Source: an uncultured Oscillibacter sp. (GTDB lineage Bacteria > Bacillota > Clostridia > Oscillospirales > Oscillospiraceae). Taken from it: a DNA stretch of 64,000 nt. The stretch covers positions 4,800 through 68,799 of the forward strand of contig NZ_CAJTUX010000005.1 in NCBI RefSeq assembly GCF_910579365.1. Reading direction: 5' to 3'. The position numbers were made by a program, and so were the translations under genes. Shown one piece after another: positions 10,006-18,600 of the stretch. Position 1 is the first letter of the stretch. Every line of letters starts with the position of its first letter. The notes under the pieces are model-generated. The model was not told where the DNA came from. It searched no databases and saw only the letters and a program-made list of their open reading frames with translations.

Positions 10006-11400
10006 TTAAAACCGGAAATACAAAAAGGGATTGTAGCTGCCGTCCACCAGATACGCGGTGGAGAGGACCAGCCCCAGAACCATCAGCACCGGCGCCAGAA
10101 CTCTCCGCCCCCGCTCGGGGAGCTTCTCCCACAGGTCCACGGCCAGAGTGGTGGAGCCCAGCGCCAGCAGCGCCAAAATCACAGCCCAGCTCCGAAGACG
10201 GTAGCCGTCCAGGGCGCTCCACAGCGGCCCGCCGCCGAAGCAAACCGCCAGATACCGCCCGCAGACCCCCAGGTCCTCCATGGCGAAGATACCCCAGCCC
10301 ACAAAGACCACCGCCAGCGTATAGGCCCGCTTCACCCAAACCGGCGTCCGCGTTAGGAGGTCCCGGAACACAAACCGCTCCAAAATCAGCCACAGGCCGA
10401 AGTACAGTCCCCAGAGAATGAAATTCCAGCTGGCCCCATGCCAGAAGCCGGTGCAAAGCCAGACGGTCAGCAGATTCCGCAAAGTCCGGGCCTTCCCCTT
10501 CCGGCTGCCTCCCAGGGGAAAGTACAGGTATTCCCGAAACCAGGAGGTCAACGACATGTGCCACCGCCGCCAGAACTCCCCCACGGAGAGAGAGAGGTAC
10601 GGGTGGTCAAAGTTCTCGCCGAACCGGAAGCCCAGGATGCGCCCCAGGCCAATGGCCATGTCGGAGTATCCGGAGAAATCGAAGTAAATCTGAAATCCAA
10701 AGGCCAGCAGTCCCGTCCAGCCCCCCGCAGCCGTCAGCGTCCCGGCGCTCTGGGAGGACAGGCAGCTCTCCCACAGCGCTCCAGCGGCATTGGCCAGCAG
10801 CACCTTCTTGGCAAGGCCCGCCGTAAACCGGCAGGCCCCCCCAGCAAAGTCCTGTGAGGTGACGGTCCGCCGCGCCAGCTCCGCCGCCACCGTCTTGTAC
10901 TTCACGATGGGCCCGGCAATGAGCTGGGGGAAAAGGGTGACATAGGCCCCGAAGTCGACAGGATTCCGCTGCACCGGCGCGTCGCGGCGGTAGACGTCGA
11001 TGGTGTAGCTCATCGTCTGGAAGGTGAAAAAGGAGATGCCCAGCGGCAGAGGCAGGCCCAGCTCCGGGAGGGACACGCCGGGAAGCAGGGACAGATTGGC
11101 CGCCAGAAAGTCCCAGTACTTGAAGAACCCAAGAAGCAGCAGGTTGAACACCACCGACTGCCCCACAAACCACCTCGCCAGCCGGTCCCGGTCCCGGAAC
11201 TTCTCCACCAGAAGGCCGTGGGTATAGTCGATGAAAATGGACAGGAACATGATTCCCACGTACACCGGCTCGCCCCAGCCGTAGAAAAAAAGACTGGCCA
11301 AAAGCAGCACAAAATTACGCCGCCGAAGCGGCGTAATAAAGTAAAGTGCCAGCGTCAGCGGCAGGTATCCGAATAAAAACGTCAGGCTGCTGAAAACCAT
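10006..11400 (-). CDS. MBOAT family O-acyltransferase (AlgI/DltB-like)
   Basis: PLGISFFTFQ, FPQLIAGPI, YFDFSGYSDMA, FWRRWH, GFWHGA. Confidence 0.93.
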   Translation of the reverse strand: MVFSSLTFLFGYLPLTLALYFITPLRRRNFVLLLASLFFYGWGEPVYVGIMFLSIFIDYTHGLLVEKFRDRDRLARWFVGQSVVFNLLLLGFFKYWDFLAANLSLLPGVSLPELGLPLPLGISFFTFQTMSYTIDVYRRDAPVQRNPVDFGAYVTLFPQLIAGPIVKYKTVAAELARRTVTSQDFAGGACRFTAGLAKKVLLANAAGALWESCLSSQSAGTLTAAGGWTGLLAFGFQIYFDFSGYSDMAIGLGRILGFRFGENFDHPYLSLSVGEFWRRWHMSLTSWFREYLYFPLGGSRKGKARTLRNLLTVWLCTGFWHGASWNFILWGLYFGLWLILERFVFRDLLTRTPVWVKRAYTLAVVFVGWGIFAMEDLGVCGRYLAVCFGGGPLWSALDGYRLRSWAVILALLALGSTTLAVDLWEKLPERGRRVLAPVLMVLGLVLSTAYLVDGSYNPFLYFRF

Positions 11401-11412
11401 GGGACGCTCTCC

Positions 11413-11895
11413 TCACGAAAATTGCCGGTTAAACTGCTCCTCCAGGCTCTCCTGGAACTCCCCCGAGGCGATCAGCGCCGCGTAGGTCCCCTGGCGCAGC
11501 ACCTCGGCCTTCTCCCAGGCGGCCTGGGTCTCGGGATACCAGGCCCCGCCGTTTACCTGGGCGTCGACGCGGGCCTGGAGGATGCCGGCGGCCTCCTCCG
11601 CGTCCTCCTCCGTCTCCCCCTGGAAGAGCACAATCTCATTCACGTCGGAGCTCATGGCGGGAACCTTTGCCAGAAGCTGCCCGGCGGGAACCCCGGCGAG
11701 ACCGGGATAGTAGCTTTCCAGCAGCTCTCCCTCCACGTCCGTCATATAGCCGTCTTCCCAGCCGCAGGCCTCCGCCATTCCGGCATAAAGGGCGCTGAGG
11801 GACACCTCCGCCGTCTCCGCCCCGCCGCCGTCCGCCTGCCCGCAGCCGGAGGCCAGCAGCAGCAGCGCCAGAACCCACACCGTTCTTCTCTTCAT
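11413..11895 (-). CDS. Acidic lipoprotein (DUF4358-like)
   Basis: Lipobox LASGC; first gene of MBOAT-DHHW trio. Confidence 0.75.
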   Translation of the reverse strand: MKRRTVWVLALLLLASGCGQADGGGAETAEVSLSALYAGMAEACGWEDGYMTDVEGELLESYYPGLAGVPAGQLLAKVPAMSSDVNEIVLFQGETEEDAEEAAGILQARVDAQVNGGAWYPETQAAWEKAEVLRQGTYAALIASGEFQESLEEQFNRQFS

Positions 11896-11956
11896 CCCGA
11901 TCTCCTCCCGCTCCCGCAGACGGCTCCGCCGCCGGAAAAGTTTTCTTTTTGTTCCT

Positions 11957-12015
11957 TGTTTTTATACAGGATTCACGCTATAATTTCAACATCAAATCTG
12001 TAACATTCCGTAACA
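11957..12015. promoter_or_regulatory. Overlapping divergent promoters plus GTAACA direct repeat
   Basis: Minus TTGAAA-17-TATAAA (11989-11961); plus TTGTTT-16-TATAAT (11957-11984); GTAACA at 12000 and 12010. Confidence 0.5.
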
Positions 12016-12051
12016 GTTCCACTGTTTGGTTGTTACTTTCTGGAGGTCGCC

Positions 12052-13089
12052 ATGTACAGTTTCCGCAACGACTACAGCGAGGGAGCCCACCCCAAGGTGC
12101 TTCAGGCCCTCACCGAGACCAATCTGGAGCAGACCCGGGGCTACGGTCTGGACCCCCGCTGCCAAAAGGCGGCGGACCTGATCCGCTCCCTCTGCGCCGC
12201 CCCGGAGGCGGACGTCCATTTCCTGATGGGCGGCACGCAGGCCAATCTCACCGTCATTGAGGCGCTGCTGAAGCCCTATGAGGCGGTTCTCTCCGCCCAC
12301 ACGGGGCACATCCACGTCCACGAGACCGGGGCTGTTGAGGCCACGGGGCGCAAGATTCTCCCCCTCAAGAGCGCGGACGGCAAGGTCACGCCCGCGACGA
12401 TCGAGTCCGTGGCGGAGCTCCACGGGGACGAGCACCAGGTCAAGCCCGCCATGGTCTACATCTCCAACACCACGGAGGTGGGCACCGTCTACTCCAGGGA
12501 GGAGCTCTCCGCCCTCCGCCAATGCTGTGACCAGCACGGCCTCCTCCTCTTTCTGGACGGGGCCCGGCTGGGCTCCGCCATGGCCTGCGGGGACCTCACC
12601 TTCCCGGACCTGGCGGCCCTGACCGACGTCTTCTCCATCGGCGGCACCAAAAACGGCGCCCTCTTCGGCGAGGCCGTGGTCCTGCCCACTCCCCGGAAGG
12701 ATTTCCGCTGGTACATGAAGCGCCGGGGGGCCATACTGGCCAAGGGCCGCCTCCTGGGCGTCCAGTTTCAGGCCCTGCTGGAGGACGATACCTTCCTCAG
12801 CGCCGCCCGCCACGCCAACCGTCTGGCCCTCCGCCTCCGGGACGGCGTCGCCGCCCTGGGTTATCCCCTGCCGCTGCCCTCTCCCTCCAACCAGCAGTTC
12901 CCCGTGCTCCCCAACGACGTGGTGGAGCAGCTCCGGGACATGGGCTATGCGTTCGAAACCGACCACACCGTGGACGCCGGACACACCTGCATCCGTCTGG
13001 TCACCAGCTGGGCCACGCCGGAGCAGGCTGTGGAGGATTTTCTCTGGGACCTCTCCGTCTGCGCGGGCGCAGGCCGGGAAACACACTGA
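12052..13089 (+). CDS. ltaE: Low-specificity L-threonine aldolase
   Basis: FRNDYSEGAHP, GGTQAN, HETGA, LDGARL, GGTKNG. Confidence 0.9.
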   Translation: MYSFRNDYSEGAHPKVLQALTETNLEQTRGYGLDPRCQKAADLIRSLCAAPEADVHFLMGGTQANLTVIEALLKPYEAVLSAHTGHIHVHETGAVEATGRKILPLKSADGKVTPATIESVAELHGDEHQVKPAMVYISNTTEVGTVYSREELSALRQCCDQHGLLLFLDGARLGSAMACGDLTFPDLAALTDVFSIGGTKNGALFGEAVVLPTPRKDFRWYMKRRGAILAKGRLLGVQFQALLEDDTFLSAARHANRLALRLRDGVAALGYPLPLPSPSNQQFPVLPNDVVEQLRDMGYAFETDHTVDAGHTCIRLVTSWATPEQAVEDFLWDLSVCAGAGRETH

Positions 13090-13106
13090 CCCCGCCAGCC
13101 GTTTTC

Positions 13107-13140
13107 CACCCCCTCCGGCATTGCCGGAGGGGGTGTTTTC
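13107..13140. terminator. Terminator between convergent genes
   Basis: CACCCCCTCCGGCA-T-TGCCGGAGGGGGTG then TTTT. Confidence 0.7.
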
Positions 13141-13142
13141 GG

Positions 13143-13325
13143 TCACTCAATATGCTCCTCACAGAAATTGTCCAACACCCGGAAGCCCATCTCTTCCGGC
13201 GGCGCCACCGGGAATTTCGCGATGGTGTCCGGGTCGAAAATGGGACACATCCGCTTCTCCGGCTCCAGCCGGAGGAACGGCTTCTCATCGTCGCGGCCAT
13301 TGACCGCCCGCTTATCCTCTGACAT
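13143..13325 (-). CDS. Small hypothetical protein (60 aa)
   Basis: GGGGTG RBS 5 nt before ATG; fills gap between trkA-like gene and terminator. Confidence 0.6.
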   Translation of the reverse strand: MSEDKRAVNGRDDEKPFLRLEPEKRMCPIFDPDTIAKFPVAPPEEMGFRVLDNFCEEHIE

Positions 13326-13376
13326 AATATCACCCCGAAGGGAGTATGCGCGGAAGACGGGGATTTTATGTTGCCG

Positions 13377-14033
13377 TCAGTGCAGATTCATCAGGCGGAT
13401 GCCCGCCTCCTTGTCTCCGGCGACGATGAGGTGCGCGTCCTCCCGGAAGCGGTACTGGGGGTCCACCAGAGGCACCACCACGTCGCCGCTTTTCACGCCC
13501 AGGATGTTGACGTTGTACTTCCGCCGGACCTCCAGCTCCACGACGGTGTGGCCCGTCCACTCCGCGGGGACCTCCAGCTCGAAGATGGCAAATTTCGGCG
13601 TCAGCTCAAAATAGTCAAAGACGTTCTCGGCGGAGAAGCGGATGGCCGAACGGCGGGCCATGTCCATCTCCGTATGGACCACGAAGTCCGCGCCGATCTT
13701 CCGCAGGAACTTGATCTGCCGCTCCTGGTCCGCCCGGGCCACCACAAATTTCGCCCCCAGCTCCTTCAAGGCGGCGGTGGCCTCCAGGGAGCACTGAAAA
13801 TCGTCCCGAACGCAGACGAAGCACACGTCAAAATTCCGGATGCCCAGAGACGCCAGCACATCCTCGTCCTGGCAGTCCCCCACGCAGGCGGCGGTGGCGG
13901 TGGCGGCCACCCGGGCCACCTTGTCCTCGTCCTTATCCAGGACCATGACCTCGTTCCCAAGCTCCAGCAAATACCGGGTCAGGTGCCGCCCGAAGCGGCC
14001 CAGACCGATGACCAAAAAGGATTTCACAGCCAT
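13377..14033 (-). CDS. ktrA: TrkA/KtrA-family potassium uptake regulatory subunit
   Basis: VIGLGRFG RCK_N Rossmann motif plus RCK_C domain. Confidence 0.9.
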   Translation of the reverse strand: MAVKSFLVIGLGRFGRHLTRYLLELGNEVMVLDKDEDKVARVAATATAACVGDCQDEDVLASLGIRNFDVCFVCVRDDFQCSLEATAALKELGAKFVVARADQERQIKFLRKIGADFVVHTEMDMARRSAIRFSAENVFDYFELTPKFAIFELEVPAEWTGHTVVELEVRRKYNVNILGVKSGDVVVPLVDPQYRFREDAHLIVAGDKEAGIRLMNLH

Positions 14034-14064
14034 TCTCCTTCATTTAAATATCATATCCAAATTT

Positions 14065-15384
14065 TTATCCAATCAAAATCTTCTCCGGCACATAGCGGAT
14101 GCAGTTCTGGGCCGCTTTTCCCCGGGTGATGGCCATGGCCACGGACATGCTCCCCACCCGCCCGGCAAACATCATCAGAATCACCGTCCACTTGGACAGC
14201 AGCGGCAGAGTCCCGGTGACGTTCCGGGACAGTCCCACGGTGCTCATGGCGGAAAAGGTCTCATACAGCGCGTCCGTCAGGTCCACACCCTGCACGCACA
14301 GCACCATGCACCCCGCCAGGACCCCCAGCAGGTAGATGCCGGCGGTGGAGCTGGCCTTGTGGATGTCCTCCTCGTCCAGGCGGCGGCGGAAGATGTTCAA
14401 ATCGTCCTGCCGCCGGATGCGGGCCCGGACTCCCAGAAGCAGCACCGCGAAGGTGTTCACCTTCACGCCGCCGCCGGTGGACCCGGAGGCCGCCCCCACG
14501 AACATCAGCACCAGCATCAGCAGCACGCCTCCCTGACTCAGGGAGGCCTGATCCACCGTGGCGAAGCCCGCCGTCCGGGCCGTCACCGACTGGAAGGCCG
14601 CCATCAGCGCCCGGACCGGGGCGCTCTCCCCGGCGAAGGCGTGGTCCGCCTCCAGGAAAAAAAAGGCCAAGGCTCCGCCGGTGTAAAGAACCAGCGTCAT
14701 GGTAAAGGCCATCTTGGAGTGCAGCCGCCAGCGGCGGAAGCGGCGGCCGTGGGTCAGCACGTCGTCCCACACCAGAAAGCCCAGTCCCCCGCAGACGATC
14801 AAGGCCATCAAAACGGCGTTCAAAAGCGGCTCCCCCGCCGCAGAGGTCAGGGACGCGCCGGTGCCCAGCAGGTCAAAGCCCGCGTTGCAAAAAGCGGAGA
14901 CGGCGTGAAACACCGCCATCCAAAGCCCCCTGCCCAAGCCGTACCGGGGGCAGAACCACAGCGCCAGCAGCGCCGCGCCGGCCCCCTCGCACGCCAGCGT
15001 CACCAGCAGAGCCCGGCGGGCCAGACGCACCACGCCTCCCAGCTGCAAAGCCCCCACGCTGTCCTGAAGCAGAGCCCGCTGCCGCAGGCTCACCCGCCGC
15101 CGGACCAGCAGCGCCGCAGGGAGAGACGCCGTCACAAATCCCAGACCTCCGATCTGAATCAGCAGCAGCACCACCGCCTGACCGAAGGGGGTGAACTGGG
15201 TGGCGGTGTCGTACAGCGTCAGCCCGGTGACGCAGGAGGCGGAGGCGGCGGTAAACACCGCCCCGGTCCAGGAGATGGACTCCCCGCTTCGGGAGGCGAT
15301 GGGCAGGGACAAAAGGCACGCCCCCGCCAGAATCAGCAGGGCGAAGCCCAGAGCCAGAGTCTGGACGGCGTTCGGACGGCGCAT
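14065..15384 (-). CDS. ktrB: TrkH/KtrB-family potassium uptake membrane subunit
   Basis: Four selectivity-filter motifs: CVTGL, FCNAGF, RTAGF, STVGL; GSTGGGVK. Confidence 0.92.
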   Translation of the reverse strand: MRRPNAVQTLALGFALLILAGACLLSLPIASRSGESISWTGAVFTAASASCVTGLTLYDTATQFTPFGQAVVLLLIQIGGLGFVTASLPAALLVRRRVSLRQRALLQDSVGALQLGGVVRLARRALLVTLACEGAGAALLALWFCPRYGLGRGLWMAVFHAVSAFCNAGFDLLGTGASLTSAAGEPLLNAVLMALIVCGGLGFLVWDDVLTHGRRFRRWRLHSKMAFTMTLVLYTGGALAFFFLEADHAFAGESAPVRALMAAFQSVTARTAGFATVDQASLSQGGVLLMLVLMFVGAASGSTGGGVKVNTFAVLLLGVRARIRRQDDLNIFRRRLDEEDIHKASSTAGIYLLGVLAGCMVLCVQGVDLTDALYETFSAMSTVGLSRNVTGTLPLLSKWTVILMMFAGRVGSMSVAMAITRGKAAQNCIRYVPEKILIG

Positions 15385-15447
15385 AGGGAAAAATCTCCTT
15401 TTGACAATTTCTGAAAAAGCGTCGAAACCGCGGCGCTTCTCTTTGTT

Positions 15448-15476
15448 ATTATACTCGTTTGCTCCTCTGATTTCAA
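15448..15476 (-). promoter_or_regulatory. sigma-A promoter of ktrBA
   Basis: TTGAAA-17bp-TATAAT on minus strand. Confidence 0.7.
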
Positions 15477-15544
15477 GGGTTCGGCGGTTTTTTCGAAAAG
15501 CGGGCGAAAAAAGAGTTCGGAGATAAAAAAACCGCCCTCGCCTC

Positions 15545-15573
15545 TTGCTTTTTTATCCCGTGTTTGGTAAACT
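15545..15573 (+). promoter_or_regulatory. sigma-A promoter of SLH protein gene
   Basis: TTGCTT-17bp-TAAACT with TG extension. Confidence 0.55.
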
Positions 15574-15626
15574 GAAGTAGCCACTATACATGCGGCAATT
15601 TTGTTATGATGAAAGGAGCAGAAAAC

Positions 15627-18600
15627 ATGAGTAAACGCCTGTTGTCAGCGCTCGTTGCCTTCTGCATGGCGCTGACGCTGATGCCCTCTTGGGCTCTGGC
15701 CGACGAACCGGCGGACGATGGTCCGAGCGAAGACCCCGCAGCCGTCGAAACCCCGGCGGAGCCTGAGGAGAACGAGGAGGAGGATGGGGCCAGCGCCCCG
15801 GAAACTCCTGTCGTTCCCGAAAAAGAAAAGGAGACTATCGAGATTGAGCTGACCGCCGACGTCGATCTTCCCGACGGCGGCGAGAGTCTGGAGAGCTATC
15901 TCTCCACGATCTTTCCTGGTCTGTTTGGAGACGCTGATGACGGCGTTGATACCCTGGCGAACCTCGCCGGCGAGGCGGGTTCTCCCCTTAATGCAAACGA
16001 AAAGAAGTTCTATGATCTAGTCCGTGCGGATATTGAGGCTGTCGCTGACGGAACGAAGACCAGCACGGTCTTTACATACGATCACGATGACGGCATCGAC
16101 ACATGGGGCAACATGCTTATCGATGGCACTGGAAGTTGGCAGAAGATCGTAAACTGTCTGAATGTGGACTGTGCCGCATCGCTCTATTGGGCTGACAGAG
16201 GCGCTACCGCTGACACTCCCTCTGAACTTCACAGAGAGAGCTTCCGTCTTAACATAAGTGGAACGGCCGACTCCCAAGGTGGTCCCATGACAGCCGTCAC
16301 CTCTGTAACGCTCACCATCCTGGTTGATTTTAAATATTCCTCTGATGGCAAGATTGGCACCACGACCGTTGCCAAGAACGCCATGAATGTGGCTGCGGCA
16401 GCTATCACTAACGCCCAAGAGATTGTTGATGCCAACAGCGGCAAGTCCGACTATGAAAAGTTGTATACTTACATGACGGAGATCTGCCGTCTGGTTGAAT
16501 ACAATCACGACGCTCTGACCGGCACCATCGAAACGCACAGTGAAGGCCCTTGGCAGCTTATCTGGGTTTTTGATGAGGATGAAACCACGAACGTCGTCTG
16601 TGAGGGCTACGCCAAGGCGTTCCAGCTTCTGTGCGATCTGACGGAATGGGAAGATGATACCATCAAGAGCCATATTGTCTCTGGTCCTATGGGCGGCGGC
16701 ACAGGCGAGGGTCCCCATATGTGGAACATCGTTACTGTTGGAGACCAAAATTACCTCGTAGACGTGACCAACTGTGACAGCAACTCTATCGGCAGCCCCG
16801 ATAAGCTGTTTATGGCCGGCATTCCATACAGTCAGGAGGAAGGACGCTACCGTCTTGATTTTGATGAAGATAACTTCATCACTTATAACTATGACCCTAA
16901 AACAACCGGCCTCTATCAAAACACCGGAATTTTGAATTTGTCCGCCAGCGACTATGTGCCTCCTCACTCCCTGAAAGGCACAATTTCCATTACCGGTGCG
17001 CCCAAATATAACGAAATCCTGACTGCCGCTTATACCAAGGGGGAAGGGGAAAACGACTCTTCCGCCACTTGGAAGTGGCTTCAAGACGGTACTGAAATCA
17101 GCGGTGCCTCCGGCACTACTTACCGTCTCACTGTCAATGATATCGGTAAGCACATCAGCGCAAAAGTCACCATTGAAGAGGCCAGCAAAATTTCCAACGC
17201 TGTTGGTCCCGTGGAGAAGGCGGATGGCCCCGCCGCTCCGACGAACGCCACCGCCACCAGCACCTACAACAGCATTACGGTAACAGCAACGCCCTCTGCG
17301 GACTATGAATACGCCATTCAGTCCAGCGCTGACATTCGTTGGCAGAACAGCAATACGTTTACTGGTCTGAACGAGGGCACCACGTATACGATTCTTATCC
17401 GCGTCAAGGAAACGAATACCACCAAACCCGGCACGATTGGCAGCATGACCGCTACGACCAAGGGCGCCCTGAGCGCGAATTCCTTCCAGGTCGACACGCC
17501 CACCGTTGTTTACGACGGCGCCGCGAAGAGCACCACTGTCACCGCCCCCGACGGCGTTATTCCTACCGTTACATACCGGCAGAATGGGCAGATTGTCGCG
17601 TCTCCCACCAATGCGGGCGTTTACGACGTATACGTTACAGCGACGGCAACCGCGGAAAGCGGCTTCTCTGATTTGACTACCCCTGTCAAAGTCGGCGCCT
17701 TTGAAATTACCAAGGCCCCTGTGACCATCACGGTCCCCTCCACGGTTTCCACCAACATCAATGGAACCGTGCAGCTGAATGCGGCGACGGACCCCGTCGG
17801 ACTCACTTTGAGCTATACCAGCGCAAATCTTTCTGTCGCCACAGTGAACCAGACCGGACTCGTAACCGGAAAAGCGGTAGGCACTGCCGTAATTACCGTC
17901 TCCTATGCCGGAGACAACAACCACCAGGCGGCTGAATCTAAACAAGTAACCGTCAACGTGACCGATCTGCCTGTTTGGGGGATTGCTTTCACCTCTCCCA
18001 CCGAAACGGTGGAGTTCGGCGGAACGGTTACAAATGCGGCCACCGTTACGAAACCTGCGGGCGTGGCTTCCGAGCCCGCCGCTCCCACCTACACCAGCAG
18101 TGATGAAACTGTCGCCACGGTGGACGCCTCCGGCACAGTCACGGCGCGCAAGGCCGGCACCGTAACCATCACCGCCTCTGTCGCAGGCGTGGCGGGAGAA
18201 GTCGCCGAAAACAGCGCCTCCTATACACTGACGGTGACTCCGAAGCGCATCACCCCCACCGTGGAACTGACCGGCGGTCCCTGGACCTACACCGGCAGCG
18301 AGATCAAGCCCGGCGTGGTTGTCAAAAACGACGGATCCGTGCTTGCGGAAGCTGAATACGACATCGGCTACGACAACAACATCAACGCGGGCACCAACAC
18401 CGCCCATGTTACCGTCTCCCCCGCCCAGGGCGGAAACTACGTTTGGGACCCTGTGATCACGCAGTTCAGCATTGAAAAGGCGGTTGTCGCCACGCCTCCC
18501 ACGGTACAAAAGACCCACGGCACTGTGACCGAAGGCCCGCAGACCTACAGCATCGCCGCCCTGCTTTCCGGCTACACCAATGTCACCTATGGCGCTCTTA

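Noticed and set aside
15385..15445. c-di-AMP (ydaO) riboswitch upstream of ktrB
   Set aside because: The promoter is only ~60 nt from the start; there is no room and no consensus.
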